A DNA stretch of 64,000 nt from Owenia fusiformis (GCA_903813345.2 CAIIXF020000001.1:25420001-25484000), one strand, 5' to 3'. Positions 48,301 through 63,300 are shown, counted from the first letter of the stretch. The notes: a model not told the origin generated them from the letters alone. Translations and numbers: made by a program.

Positions 48301-51300
48301 CAGCAACTGTTGTTGTAGCATCAGCTGCAGTTGTGTCAGCCACTGTAGTTGTAGCATCAGCTGCTGTAGTATCTGCCGTAGTTGCGTCAGCCACTGTAGT
48401 TGTGTCAGCTACTGCTTTTGTAACATCAGTTGCGTCAGCCACTGTAGTTGTGTCAGCAACTGCTGTTGTAACATCAGCCGTTGTTGCATCAGCAACTGTT
48501 GTTGTAGCATCAGCTGCAGTTGTGTCAGCCACTGTAGTTGTAGCATCAGCTGCTGTAGTATCTGCCGTAGCTGCGTCAGCCACTGTAGTTGTGTCAGCTA
48601 CTGTTGTTGTAACATCAGCCGTTGTTGCATCAGCAACTGTTGTTGTAGCATCAGCTGTAGTTGTGTCAGCCACTGTACTTGTAGCATCAGCTGCTGTAGT
48701 ATCTGCCGTAGTTGCGTCAGCCACTGTAGTTGTGTCAGCAACTGCTGTTGTAACATCAGCCGTTGTTGCATCAGCAACTGTTGTTGTAGCATCAGCTGCA
48801 GTTGTGTCAGCCACTGTAGTTGTAGCATCAGCTGCTGTAGTATCTGCCGTAGTTGCGTCAGCCACTGTAGTTGTGTCAGCTACTGTTGTTGTAACATCAG
48901 CCGTTGTAACATCAGCAACTGTTGTTGTAGCATCAGCTGTAGTTGTGTCAGCCACTGTATTTGTAGCATCAGCTGCTGTAGTATCTGCCGTAGTTGCGTC
49001 AGCCACTGTAGTTGTGTCAGCAACTGCTGTTGTAACATCAGCCGTTGTTGCATCAGCAACTGTTGTTGTAGCATCAGCTGCAGTTGTGTCAGCCACTGTA
49101 GTTGTAGCATCAGCTGCTGTAGTATCTTCGGTAGTTGCGTCAGCCACTGTAGTTGTGTCAGCTACTGTTGTTGTAACATCAGCCGTTGTTGCATCAGCAA
49201 CTGTTGTTGTAGCATCAGCTGCAGTTGGTTCAGCCACTGTAGTTGTAGCATCAGCTGCTGTAGTATCTGCCGTAGTTGCGTCAGCCACTGTAGTTGTGTC
49301 AGCTACTGTTGTTCTAACATCAGCCGTTGTAACATCAGCAACTGTTGTTGTAGCATCAGCTGTAGTTGTGTCAGCCACTGTATTTGTAGCATCAGATGCT
49401 GTAGTATCTGCCGTAGTTGCGTCAGCCACTGTAGTTGTGTCAGCAACTGCTGTTGTAACATCAGCCGTTGTTGCATCAGCAACTGTTGTTGTAGCATCAG
49501 CTGCAGTTGTGTCAGCCACTGTAGTTGTAGCATCAGCTGCTGTAGTATCTTCGGTAGTTGCGTCAGCCACTGTAGTTGTGTCAGCAACTGTTGTTGTAAC
49601 ATCAGCCGTTGTTGCATCAGCAACTGTTGTTGTAGCATCAGCTGCAGTTGTGTCAGCCACTGAAGTTGTAGCATCAGCTGCTGTAGTATCTGCCGTAGTT
49701 GCGTCAGCCACTGTAGTTGTGTCAGCAACTGCTGTTGTAACATCAGCCGTTGTTGCATCAGCAACTGTTGTTGTAGCATCAGCTGCAGTTGTGTCAGCCA
49801 CTGTAGTTGTAGCATCAGCTGCTGTAGTATCTGCCGTAGTTGCGTCAGCCACTGTAGTTGTGTCAGCAACTGCTGTTGTAACATCAGCCGTTGTTGCATC
49901 AGCAACTGTTGTAGCATCAGCTGCAGTTGTGTCAGCCAATGTAGTTGTAGCATCAGCTGCTGTAGTATCTGCCGTAGTTGCGTCAGCCACTGTAGTTGTG
50001 TCAGCAACTGCTGTTGTGTCAGCAACTGCTGTTGTAACATCAGCCGTTGTTGCATCAGCAACTGTTGTTGTAGCATCAGCTGCAGTTGTGTCAGCCACTG
50101 TACTTGTAGCATCAGCTGCTGTAGTATCTGCCGTAGTTGCGTCAGCCACTGTAGTTGTGTCAGTAACTGCTGTTGTAACATCAGCCGTTGTTGCATCAGC
50201 AACTGTTGTTGTAGCATCAGCTGCAGTTGTGTCAGCCACTGTAGTTGTAGCATCAGCTGCTGTAGTATCTGCCGTAGTTGCGTCAGCCACTGTAGTTGTG
50301 TCAGCTACTGCTGTTGTAACATCAGTTGCGTCAGCCACTGTAGTTGTGTCAGCAACTGCTGTTGTAACATCAGCCGTTGTTGCATCAGCAACTGTTGTTT
50401 TAGCATCAGCTGTAGTTGTGTCAGCCACTGTACTTGTAGCATCAGCTGCTGTAGTATCTGCCGGAGTTGCGTCAGCCACTGTAGTTGTGTCAGTAACTGC
50501 TGTTGTAACATCAGCCGTTGTTGCATCAGCAACTGTTGTTGTAGCATCAGCTGCAGTTGTGTCAGCCACTGTAGTTGTAGCATCAGCTGCTGTAGTATCT
50601 GCCGTAGTTGCGTCAGCCACTGTAGTTGTGTCAGCAACTGCTGTTGTAACATCAGCCGTTGTTGCATCAGCAACTGTTGTTTTAGCATCAGCTGTAGTTG
50701 TGTCAGCCACTGTACTTGTAGCATCAGCTGCTGTAGTATCTTCGGTAGTTGCGTCAGCCACTGTAGTTGTGTCAGCTACTGTTGTTGTAACATCAGCCGT
50801 TGTTGCATCAGCAACTGTTGTTGTAGCATCAGCTGCAGTTGGGTCAGCCACTGTAGTTGTAGCATCAGCTGCTGTAGTATCTGCCGTAGTTGCGTCAGCC
50901 ACTGTAGTTGTGTCAGCTACTGTTGTTCTAACATCAGCCGCTGTTGCATCAGCAACTGTTGTTGTAGCATCAGCTGCAGTTGTGTCAGCCACTGTAGTTG
51001 TAGCATCAGCTGCTGTAGTATCTGCCGTAGTTGCGTCAGCCACTGTAGTTGTGTCAGCTACCGTTAGTGTAACATCAGCCGTTGTTGCATCAGCAACTGT
51101 TGTTGTAGCATCAGCTGCAGTTGTGTCAGCCACTGTAGTTGTAGCATCAGCTGCTGAAGTATCTGCCGTAGTTGCGTCAGCCACTGTAGTTGTGTCAGGA
51201 ACTGCTGTTGTAACATCAGCCGTTATTGCATCAGCAACTGTTGTTGTAGCATCAGCTGCACTTGTGTCAGCCACTGTAGTTGTAGCATCAGCTGCTGTAG

Positions 51301-54300
51301 TATCTGCCGTAGTTGCGTCAGCCACTGTAGTTGTGTCAGCTACTGTTGTTGTAACATCAGCCGTTGTTGCATCAGCAACTGTTGTTGTAGCATCAGCTGC
51401 AGTTGTGTCAGCCACTGTAGTTGTAGCATCAGCTGCTGTAGTATCTGCCGTAGTTGCGTCAGCCACTGTAGTTGTGTCAGCAACTGCTGTTGTAACATCA
51501 GCCGTTGTTGCATCAGCAACTGTTGTTGTAGCATCAGCTGCAGTTGTGTCAGCCACTGTAGTTGTAGCATCAGCTGCTGTAGTATCTGCCGTAGTTGCGT
51601 CAGCCACTGTAGTTGTGTCAGCAACTGCTGTTGTAACATCAGCCGTTGTTGCATCAGCAACTGTTGTTGTAGCATCAGCTGCAGTTGTGTCAGCCACTGT
51701 AGTTGTTGCATCAGCTACTGTAGTATCTGCCGTAGTTGCGTCAGCCACTGTAGTTGTGTCAGCAACTACTGTAGTAACATCAGCCGTTGTTGCATCAGCA
51801 ACTGTTGTTGTAGCATCAGCTGCAGTTGTGTCAGCCACTGTAGTTGTAGCATCAGCTGCTGTAGTATCTGCCGTAGTTGCGTCAGCCACTGTAGTTGTGT
51901 CAGCTACTGCTTTTGTAACATCAGTTGCGTCAGCCACTGTAGTTGTGTCAGCAACTGCTGTTGTAACATCAGCCGTTGTTGCATCAGCAACTGTTGTTGT
52001 AGCATCAGCTGCAGTTGTGTCAGCCACTGTAGTTGTAGCATCAGCTGCTGTAGTATCTGCCGTAGCTGCGTCAGCCACTGTAGTTGTGTCAGCTACTGTT
52101 GTTGTAACATCAGCCGTTGTTGCATCAGCAACTGTTGTTGTAGCATCAGCTGTAGTTGTGTCAGCCACTGTACTTGTAGCATCAGCTGCTGTAGTATCTG
52201 CCGTAGTTGCGTCAGCCACTGTAGTTGTGTCAGCAACTGCTGTTGTAACATCAGCCGTTGTTGCATCAGCAACTGTTGTTGTAGCATCAGCTGCAGTTGT
52301 GTCAGCCACTGTAGTTGTAGCATCAGCTGCTGTAGTATCTGCCGTAGTTGCGTCAGCCACTGTAGTTGTGTCAGCTACTGTTGTTGTAACATCAGCCGTT
52401 GTAACATCAGCAACTGTTGTTGTAGCATCAGCTGTAGTTGTGTCAGCCACTGTATTTGTAGCATCAGCTGCTGTAGTATCTGCCGTAGTTGCGTCAGCCA
52501 CTGTAGTTGTGTCAGCAACTGCTGTTGTAACATCAGCCGTTGTTGCATCAGCAACTGTTGTTGTAGCATCAGCTGCAGTTGTGTCAGCCACTTTAGTTGT
52601 AGCATCAGCTGCTGTAGTATCTTCGGTAGTTGCATCAGCCACTGTAGTTGTGTCAGCTACTGTTGTTGTAACATCAGCCGTTGTTGCATCAGCAACTGTT
52701 GTTGTAGCATCAGCTGCAGTTGGGTCAGCCACTGTAGTTGTAGCATCAGCCGTTGTAACATCAGCAACTGTTGTTGTAGCATCAGCCGTCGTTGCATCAG
52801 CAACTGTTGTTGTAACATCAGCTGCAGTTGTGTCAGCCACTGTAGTTGTAGCATCAGCTGCTGTAGTATCTGCCGTAGTTGTGTCAGCCACTGTAGTTGT
52901 GTCAGCTACTGTTGTTGTAACATCAGCCGTTGTTGCATCAGCAACTGTTGTTGTAGCATCAGCTGTAGTTGTGTCAGCCACTGTACTTGTAGCATCAGCT
53001 GCTGTAGTATCTGCCGTAGTTGCGTCAGCCACTGTAGTTGTGTCAGCAACTGCTGTTGTAACATCAGCCATTGTTGCATCAGCAACTGTTGTTGTAGCAT
53101 CAGCTGCAGTTGTGTCAGCCACTGTAATTGTAGCATCAGCTGCTGTAGTATCTGCCGTAGTTGCGTCAGCCACTGTAGTTGTGTCAGCTACTGTTGTTGT
53201 AACATCAGCCGCTGTTGCATCAGCAACTGTTGTTGTAGCATCAGCTGCAGTTGTGTAAGCCACTGTAGTTGTAGCATCAGCTGCTGTAGTATCTGCCGTA
53301 GTTGCGTCAGCCACTGTAGTTGTGTCAGCTACTGTTGTTGTAACATCAGCCGTTGTAACATCAGCAACTGTTGTTGTAGCATCAGCTGTAGTTGTGTCAG
53401 CCACTGTATTTGTAGCATCAGCTGCTGTAGTATCTGCCGTAGTTGCGTCAGCCACTGTAGTTGTGTCAGCAACTGCTGTTGTAACATCAGCCGTTGTTGC
53501 ATCAGCAACTGTTGTTGTAGCATCAGCTGCAGTTGTGTCAGCCACTGTAGTTGTAGCATCAGCTGCTGTAGTATCTTCGGTAGTTGCGTCAGCCACTGTA
53601 GTTGTGTCAGCTACTGTTGTTGTAACATCAGCCGTTGTTGCATCAGCAACTGTTGTTGTAGCATCAGCTGCAGTTGTGTCAGCCACTGTAGTTGTAGCAT
53701 CAGCTGCTGTAGTATCTGCCGTAGTTGCGTCAGCCACTGTAGTTGTGTCAGCAACTGCTGTTGTAACATCAGCCGTTGTTGCATCAGCAACTGTTGTTGT
53801 AGCATCAGCTGCAGTTGTGTCAGCCACTGTACTTGTAGCATCAGCTGCTGTAGTATCTGCCGTAGTTGCGTCAGCCACTGTAGTTGTGTCAGCTACTGTT
53901 GTTGTAACATCAGCCGTTGTTGCATCAGCAACTGTTGTTTTAGCATCAGCTGTAGTTGTGGCAGCCACTGTACTTGTAGCATCAGCTACTGTAGTATCTG
54001 CCGTAGTTGCGTCAGCCACTGTAGTTGTGTCAGCTACTGTTGTTGTAACATCAGCCGTTGTTGCATCAGCAACTGTTGTTGTAGCATCAGCTGTAGTTGT
54101 GTCAGCCACTGTACTTGTAGCATCAGCTGCTGTAGTATCTGCCGTAGTTGCGTCAGCCACTGTAGTTGTGTCAGCAACTGCTGTTGTAACATCAGCCGTT
54201 GTTGCATCAGCAACTGTTGTTGTAGCATCAGCTGCAGTTGTGTCAGCCACTGTAGTTGTAGCATCAGTTGCTGTAGTATCTGCCGTAGTTGCGTCAGCCA

Positions 54301-57300
54301 CTGTAGTTGTGTCAGCTACTGTTGTTGTAACATCAGCCGTTGTAACATCAGCAACTGTTGTTGTAGCATCAGCTGTAGTTGTGTCAGCCACTGTATTTGT
54401 AGCATCAGATGCTGTAGTATCTGCCGTAGTTGCGTCAGCCACTGTAGTTGTGTCAGCAACTGCTGTTGTAACATCAGCCGTTGTTGCATCAGCAACTGTT
54501 GTTGTAGCATCAGCTGCAGTTGTGTCAGCCACTGTAGTTGTAGCATCAGCTGCTGTAGTATCTTCGGTAGTTGCGTCAGCCACTGTAGTTGTGTCAGCTA
54601 CTGTTGTTGTAACATCAGCCGTTGTTGCATCAGCAACTGTTGTTGTAGCATCAGCTGCAGTTGTGTCAGCCAATGTAGTTGTAGCATCAGCTGCTGTAGT
54701 ATCTGCCGTAGTTGCGTCAGCCACTGTAGTTGTGTCAGCAACTGCTGTTGTGTCAGTAACTGCTGTTGTAACATCAGCCGTTGTTGCATCAGCAACTGTT
54801 GTTGTAGCATCAGCTGCAGTTGTGTCAGCCACTGTACTTGTAGCATCAGCTGCTGTAGTATCTGCCGTAGTTGCGTCAGCCACTGTAGTTGTGTCAGCTA
54901 CTGCTGTTGTAACATCAGTTGCGTCAGCCACTGTAGTTGTGTCAGCAACTGCTGTTGTAACATCAGCCGTTGTTGCATCAGCAACTGTTGTTTTAGCATC
55001 AGCTGTAGTTGTGTCAGCCACTGTACTTGTAGCATCAGCTGCTGTAGTATCTGCCGTAGTTGCGTCAGCCACTGTAGTTGTGTCAGTAACTGCTGTTGTA
55101 ACATCAGCCGTTGTTGCATCAGCAACTGTTGTTGTAGCATCAGCTGCAGTTGTGTCAGCCACTGTAGTTGTAGCATCAGCTGCTGTAGTATCTGCCGTAG
55201 TTGCGTCAGCCACTGTAGTTGTGTCAGCAACTGCTGTTGTAACATCAGCCGTTGTTGCATCAGCAACTGTTGTTGTAGCATCAGCTGCAGTTGTATCAGC
55301 CACTGTAGTTGTAGCATCAGCTGCTGTAGTATCTGCCGTAGTTGCGTCAGCCACTGTAGTTGTGTCAGCTACTGTTGTTGTAACATCAGCCGTTGTTGCA
55401 TCAGCAACTGTTGTTGTAGCATCAGCTGCAGTTGTGTCAGCCACTGAAGTTGTAGAATCAGCTGCTGTAGTATCTGCCGTAGTTGCGTCAGCCACTGTAG
55501 TTGTGTCAGCAACTGCTGTTGTAACATCAGCCGTTGTTGCATCAGCAACTGTTGTTGTAGCATCAGCTGCAGTAGTGTCAGCCACTGTAGTTGTAGCATC
55601 AGCTGCTGTAGTATCTACCGTAGTTGCGTCAGCCACTGTAGTTGTGTCAGCAACTGCTGTTGTAACATCAGCCGTTGTTGCATCAGCAACTGTTGTAGCA
55701 TCAGCTGCAGTTGTGTCAGCCACTGTAGTTGTAGCATCAGCTGCTGTAGTATCTGCCGTAGTTGCGTCAGCCACTGTAGTTGTGTCAGCAACTGCTGTTG
55801 TAACATCAGCCGTTGTTGCATCAGCAACTGTTGTTGTAGCATCAGCTGCAGTTGTGTCAGCCACTGTAGTTGTAGCATCAGCTGCTGTAGTATCTGCCGT
55901 AGTTGCGTCAGCCACTGTAGTTGTGTCAGCTACTGTAGTTGTAACGTCAGCCGTTGTTGCACCTGCAACTGTTGTTGTAGCATCAGCTGTAGTTGTGTCA
56001 GCCACTGTACTTGTAGCACCAGCTGCTGTAGTATCTGCCGTAGTTGCGTCAGCCACTGTAGTTGTGTCAGCAACTGCTGTTGTAACATCAGCCGTTGTTG
56101 CATCAGCAACTGTTGTTGTAGCATCAGCTGCAGTTGTGTCAACCACTGTAGTTGTAGCATCAGCTGCTGTAGTATCTGCCATAGTTGGGTCAGCCACTGT
56201 AGTTGTGTCAGCTACTGTTGTTGTATCATCAGTCGTTGTTGCATCAGCAACTGTTGTTGTAGCATCAGCTGCAGTTGTGTCAGCCACTGTAGTTGTAGCA
56301 TCAGCTGCTGTAGTATCTGCCGTAGTTGCGTCAGCCACTGTAGTTGTGTCAGCAACTGCTGTTGTAACATCAGCCGTTGTTGCATCAGCAACTGTTGTTG
56401 TAGCATCAGCTGCAGTTGTGTCAGCCACTGTAGTTGTAGCATCAGCTGCTGTAGTATCTGCCGTAGTTGCGTCAGACACTGTAGTTGTGTCAGCAACTGC
56501 TGTTGTAACATCAGCCGTTGTTGCATCAGCAACTGTTGTTGTAGCATCAGCTGCAGTTGTGTCAGCCACTGTAGTTGTAGCATCAGCTGCTGTAGTATCT
56601 GCCGTAGTTGCGTCAGCCACTGTAGTTGTGTCAGCTACTGTTGTTGTAACATCAGCCGCTGTTGCATCAGCAACTGTTGTTGTAGCATCAGCTGCAGTTG
56701 TGTTAGCCACTGTAGTTGTAGCATCAGCTGCTGTAGTATCTGCCGTAGTTGCGTCAGCCACTGTAGTTGTGTCAGCTACTGTTAGTGTAACATCAGCCGT
56801 TGTTGCATCAGCAACTGTTGTTGTAGCATCAGCTGCAGCTGCAGTGGCGTCAGCCACTGTAGTTGTGTCAGCTACTGTTGTTGTAACATCAGCCGCTGTT
56901 GCATCAGCAACTGTTGTTGTAGCATCAGCTGCAGTTGTGTCAGCCACTGTAGTTGTAGCATCAGCTGCTGTAGTATCTGCCGTAGTTGCGTCAGCCACTG
57001 TAGTTGTGTCAGCTACCGTTAGTGTAACATCAGCCGTTGTTGCATCACCAACTGTTGTTGTAGCATCAGCTGCAGTTGTGTCAGCCACTGTAGTTGTAAC
57101 ATCAGCCGTTGTTGCATCAGCAACTGTTGTTTTAGCATCAGCTGTAGTTGTGGCAGCCACTGTACTTGTAGCATCAGCTACTGTAGTATCTGCCGTAGTT
57201 GCGTCAGCTACTGTAGTTGTGTCAGTAACTGCTGTTGTAACATCAGCCGTTGTTGCATCAGCAACTGTTGTTGTAACATCAGCCGTTGTTGCATCAGCAA

Positions 57301-60300
57301 CTGTTGTTGTAGCATCAGCTGTAGTTGTGTCAGCCACTGTACTTGTAGCATCAGCTGCTGTAGTATCTGCCGTAGTTGCGTCAGCCACTGTAGTTGTGTC
57401 AGCTACTGTTAGTGTAACATCAGCCGTTGTTGCATCAGCAACTGTTGTTGTAGCATCAGCTGCAGTTGTGTAAGCCACTGTAGTTGTAGCATCAGCTGCT
57501 GTAGTATCTGCCGTAGTTGCGTCAGCCACTGTAGTTGTGTCAGCTACTGTTAGTGTAACATCAGCCGTTGTTGCATCAGCAACTGTTGTTGTAGCATCAG
57601 CTGCAGTTGTGTCAGCCACTGTAGTTGTAGCATCAGCTGCTGTAGTATCTGCCGTATTTGCGTCAGCCACTGTAGTTGTGTCAGCAACTGCTGTTGTAAC
57701 ATCAGCCGTTGTTGCATCAGCAACTGTTGTTGTAGCATCAGCTGCAGTTGTGTCAGCCACTGTAGTTGTAGCATCAGCTGCTGTAGTATCTGCCGTAGTT
57801 GCGTCAGCCACTGTAGTTGTGTCAGCTACTGTTGTTGTAACATCAGCCGCTGTTGCATCAGCAACTGTTGTTGTAGCATCAGCTGCAGTTGTGTCAGCCA
57901 CTGTAGTTGTAGCATCAGCTGCTGTAGTATCTGCCGTAGTTGCGTCAGCCACTGTAGTTGTGTCAGCTACCGTTAGTGTAACATCAGCCGTTGTTGCATC
58001 AGCAACTGTTGTTGTAGCATCAGCTGCAGTTGTGTCAGCCACTGTAGTTGTAACATCAACCGTTGTTGCATCAGCAACTGTTGCTTTAGCATCAGCTGTA
58101 GTTGTGGCAGCCACTGTACTTGTAGCATCAGCTACTGTAGTATCTGCCGTAGTTGCGTCAGCCACTGTAGTTGTGTCAGTAACTGCTGTTGTAACATCAG
58201 CCGTTGTTGCATCAGCAACTGTTGTTGTAACATCAGCCGTTAGTGCATCAGCAACTGTTGTTGTAGCATCAGCTGTAGTTGTGTCAGCCACTGTACTTGT
58301 AGCATCAGCTGCTGTAGTATCTGCCGTAGTTGCGTCAGCCACTGTAGTTGTGTCAGCAACTGCTGTTGTAACATCAGCCGTTGTTGCATCAGCAACTGTT
58401 GTTGTAGCATCAGCTGCAGTTGTGTCAGCCACTGTAGTTGTAGCATCAGCTGCTGTAGTATCTGCCGTAGTTGCGTCAGCCACTGTAGTTGTGTCAGCAA
58501 CTGCTGTTGTAACATCAGCCGTTGTTGCATCAGCAACTGTTGTTGTAGCATCAGCTGCAGTTGTGTCAGCCACTGTAGTTGTAGCATCAGCTGCTGTAGT
58601 ATCTGCCGTAGTTGCGTCAGCCACTGTAGTTGTGTCAGCAACTGCTGTTGTAACATCAGCCGTTGTTGCATCAGCAACTGTTGTTGTAGCATCAGCTGCA
58701 GTTGTGTCAGCCACTGTAGTTGTAGCATCAGCTGCTGTAGTATCTGCCGTAGTTGCGTCAGCCACTGTAGTTGTGTCAGCTACTGTTGTTGTAACATCAG
58801 CCGTTGTTGCATCAGCAACTGTTGTTGTAGCATCAGCTGTAGTTGTGTCAGCCACTGTACTTGTAGCATCAGCTGCTGTAGTATCTGCCGTAATTGCGTC
58901 AGCCACTGTAGTTGTGTCAGCAACTGCTGTTGTAACATCAGCCGTTGTTGCATCAGCAACTGTTGTTGTAGCATCAGCTGCAGTTGTGTCAGCCACTGTA
59001 GTTGTAGCATCAGCTGCTGTAGTATCTGCCGTAGTTGCGTCAGCCACTGTAGTTGTGTCAGCTACTGTTGTTGTAACATCAGCCGTTGTAACATCAGCAA
59101 CTGTTGTTGTAGCATCAGCTGTAGTTGTGTCAGCCACTGTATTTGTAGCATCAGCTGCTGTAGTATCTGCCGTAGTTGCATCAGCCACTGTAGTTGTGTC
59201 AGCAACTGCTGTTGTAACATCAGCCGTTGTTGCATCAGCAAGTGTTGTTGTAGCATCAGCTGCAGTTGTGTCAGCCACTGTAGTTGTAGCATCAGCTGCT
59301 GTAGTATCTTCGGTAGTTGCGTCAGCCACTGTAGTTGTGTCAGCTACTGTTGTTGTAACATCAGCCGTTGTTGCATCAGCAACTGTTGTTGTAGCATCAG
59401 CTGCAGTTGTGTCAGCCACTGAAGTTGTAGAATCAGCTGCTGTAGTATCTGCCGTAGTTGCGTCAGCCACTGTAGTTGTGTCAGCAACTGCTGTTGTAAC
59501 TTCAGCCGTTGTTGCATCAGCAACTGTTGTTGTAGCATCAGCTGCAGTTGTGTCAGCCACTGTAGTTGTAGCATCAGCTGCTGTAGTATCTGCCGTAGTT
59601 GCGTCAGCCACTGTAGTTGTGTCAGCAACTGCTGTTGTAACATCAGCCGTTGTTGCATCAGCAACTGTTGTAGCATCAGCTGCAGTTGTGTCAGCCACTG
59701 TAGTTGTAGCATCAGCTGCTGTAGTATCTGCCGTAGTTGCGTCAGCCACTGTAGTTGTGTCAGCAACTGCTGTTGTAACATCAGCCGTTGTTGCATCAGC
59801 AACTGTTGTTGTAGCATCAGCTGCAGTTGTGTCAGCCACTGTAGTTGTAGCATCAGCTGCTGTAGTATCTGCCGTAGTTGCGTCAGCCACTGTAGTTGTG
59901 TCAGCTACTGTTGTTGTAACATCAGCCGTTGTTGCATCAGCAACTGTTGTTGTAACATCAGCTGTAGTTGTGTCAGCCACTGTACTTGTAGCATCAGCTG
60001 CTGTAGTATCTGCCGTAGTTGCGTCAGCCACTGTAGTTGTGTCAGCAACTGCTGTTGTAACATCAGTCGTTGTTGCATCAGCATCTGTTGTTGTAGCATC
60101 AGCTGCAGTTGTGTCAGCCACTGTAGTTGTAGCATCAGCTGCTGTAGTATCTGCCGTAGTTGCGTCAGCCACTGTAGTTGTGTCAGCTACTGTTGTTGTA
60201 ACATCAGCCGTTGTTGCATCAGCAACTGTTGTTGTAGCATCAGCTGCAGTTGTGTCAGCCACTGTAGTTGTAGCATCAGCTGCTGTAGTATCTGCCGTAG

Positions 60301-63300
60301 TTGCGTCAGCCACTGTAGTTGTGTCAGCAACTGCTGTTGTAACATCAGCCGTTGTTGCATCAGCAACTGTTGTTGTAGCATCAGCTGCAGTTGTGTCAGC
60401 CACTGTAGTTGTAGCATCAGCTGCTGTAGTATCTGCCGTAGTTGCGTCAGCCACTGTAGTTGTGTCAGCTACTGCTGTTGTAACATCAGTTGCGTCAGCC
60501 ACTGTAGTTGTGTCAGCAACTGCTGTTGTAACATCAGCCGTTGTTGCATCAGCAACTGTTGTTTTAGCATCAGCTGTAGTTGTGTCAGCCACTGTACTTG
60601 TAGCATCAGCTGCTGTAGTATCTGCCGTAGTTGCGTCAGCCACTGTAGTTGTGTCAGCAACTGCTGTTGTAACATCAGCCGTTGTTGCATCAGCAACTGT
60701 TGTTGTAGCATCAGCTGCAGTTGTGTCAGCCACTGTAGTTGTAGCATCAGCTGCTGTAGTATCTGCCGTAGTTGCGTCAGCCACTGTAGTTGTGTCAGCA
60801 ACTGCTGTTGTAACATCAGCCGTTGTTGCATCAGCAACTGTTGTTGTAGCATCAGCTGCAGTTGTGTCAGCCACTGTAGTTGTAGCATCAGCTGCTGTAG
60901 TATCTGCCGTAGTTGCGTCAGCCACTGTAGTTGTGTCAGCTACTGTTGTTGTAACATCAGCCGTTGTTGCATCAGCAACTGTTGTTTTAGCATCAGCTGT
61001 AGTTGTGTCAGCCACTGTACTTGTAGCATCAGCTGCTGTAGTATCTGCCTTAGTTGCGTCAGCCACTGTAGTTGTGTCAGTAACTGCTGTTGTAACATCA
61101 GCCGTTGTTGCATCAGCAACTGTTGTTGTAACATCAGCCGTTGTTGCATCAGCAACTGTTGTTGTAGCATCAGCTGTAGTTGTGTCAGCCACTGTACTTG
61201 TAGCATCAGCTGCTGTAGTATCTGCCGTAGTTGCGTCAGCCACTGTAGTTGTGTCAGCAACTGCTGTTGTAACATCAGCCGTTGTTGCATCAGCAACTGT
61301 TGTTGTAGCATCAGCTGCAGTTGTGTCAGCCACTGTAGTTGTAGCATCAGCTGCTGTAGTATCTGCCGTAGTTGCGTCAGCCACTGTAGTTGTGTCAGCT
61401 ACTGTTGTTGTAACATCAGCCGTTGTTGCATCAGCAACTGTTGTTGTAGCATCAGCTGTAGTTGTGTCAGCCACTGTACTTGTAGCATCAGCTGCTGTAG
61501 TATCTGCCATAGTTGCGTCAGCCACTGTAGTTGTGTCAGCAACTGCTGTTGTAACATCAGCCGTTGTTGCATCAGCAACTGTTGTTGTAGCATCAGCTGC
61601 AGTTGTGTCAGCCACTGTAGTTGTAGCATCAGCTGCTGTAGTATCTGCCGTAGTTGCGTCAGCCACTGTAGTTGTGTCAGCTACTGTTGTTGTAACATCA
61701 GTCGTTGTTGCATCAGCAACTGTTGTTGTAGCATCAGCTGCAGTTGTGTCAGCCACTGTAGTTGTAGCATCAGCTGCTGTAGTATCTGCCGTAGTTGCGT
61801 CAGCCACTGTAGTTGTGTCAGCAACTGCTGTTGTAACATCAGCCGTTGTTGCATCAGCAACTGTTGTTGTAGCATCAGCTGCAGTTGTGTCAGCCACTGT
61901 AGTTGTAGCATCAGCTGCTGTAGTATCTGCCGTAGTTGCGTCAGACACTGTAGTTGTGTCAGCAACTGCTGTTGTAACATCAGCCGTTGTTGCATCAGCA
62001 ACTGTTGTTGTAGCATCAGCTGCAGTTGTGTCAGCCACTGTAGTTGTAGCATCAGCTGCTGTAGTATCTGCCGTAGTTGCGTCAGCCACTGTAGTTGTGT
62101 CAGCTACTGTTGTTGTAACATCAGCCGCTGTTGCATCAGCAACTGTTGTTGTAGCATCAGCTGCAGTTGTGTAAGCCACTGTAGTTGTAGCATCAGCTGC
62201 TGTAGTATCTGCCGTAGTTGCGTCAGCCACTGTAGTTGTGTCAGCTACTGTTAGTGTAACATCAGCCGTTGTTGCATCAGCAACTGTTGTTGTAGCATCA
62301 GCTGCAGTTGTGTCTGCCACTGTAGTTGTAGCATCAGCTGCTGTAGTATCTGCCGTAGTTGCGTCAGCCACTGTAGTTGTGTCAGCAACTGCTGTTGTAA
62401 CATCAGCCGTTGTTGCATCAGCAACTGTTGTTGTAGCATCAGCTGCAGTTGTGTCAGCCACTATAGTTGTAGCATCAGCTGCTGTAGTATCTGCCGTAGT
62501 TGCGTCAGCCACTGTAGTTGTGTCAGCTACTGTTGTTGTAACATCAGCCGCTGTTGCATCAGCAACTGTTGTTGTAGCATCAGCTGCAGTTGTGTCAGCC
62601 ACTGTAGTTGTAGCATCAGCTGCTGTAGTATCTGCCGTAGTTGCGTCAGCCACTGTAGTTGTGTCAGCTACCGTTAGTGTAACATCAGCCGTTGTTGCAT
62701 CAGCAACTGTTGTTGTAGCATCAGCTGCAGTTGTGTCAGCCACTGTAGTTGTAACATCAGCCGTTGTTGCATCAGCAACTGTTGTTTTAGCATCAGCTGT
62801 AGTTGTGGCAACCACTGTACTTGTAGCATCAGCTACTGTAGTATATGCCGTAGTTGCGTCAGCCACTGTAGTTGTGTCAGTAACTGCTGTTGTAACATCA
62901 GCCGTTGTTGCATCAGCAACTGTTGTTGTAACATCAGCCGTTGTTGCATCAGCAACTGTTGTTGTAGCATCAGCTGTAGTTGTGTCAGCCACTGTACTTG
63001 TAGCATCAGCTGCTGTAGTATCCGCCGTAGTTGCGTCAGCCACTGTAGTTGTGTCAGCAACTGCTGTTGTAACATCAGCCGTTGTTGCATCAGCAACTGT
63101 TGTTGTAGCATCAGCTGCAGTTGTGTCAGCCACTGTAGTTGTAGCATCAGCTGCTGTAGTATCTGCCGTAGTTGCGTCAGCCACTGTAGTTGTGTCAGCA
63201 ACTGCTGTTGTAACATCAGCCGTTGTTGCATCAGCAACTGTTGTTGTAGCATCAGCTGCAGTTGTGTCAGCCACTGTAGTTGTAGCATCAGCTGCTGTAG

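Noticed and set aside
36609-62174. Very long plus-strand Val/Ser/Ala ORFs (1,383-3,783 aa), the Cys-rich 608-aa ORF and many minus-strand Gln/Leu ORFs
   Set aside because: Shadow frames of the 141-bp repeat. They are broken by sporadic stops (e.g. 41861, 53258, 57473, 62174), while only the Thr/Ala/Asp frame stays open throughout and leads into a TM helix and tail.
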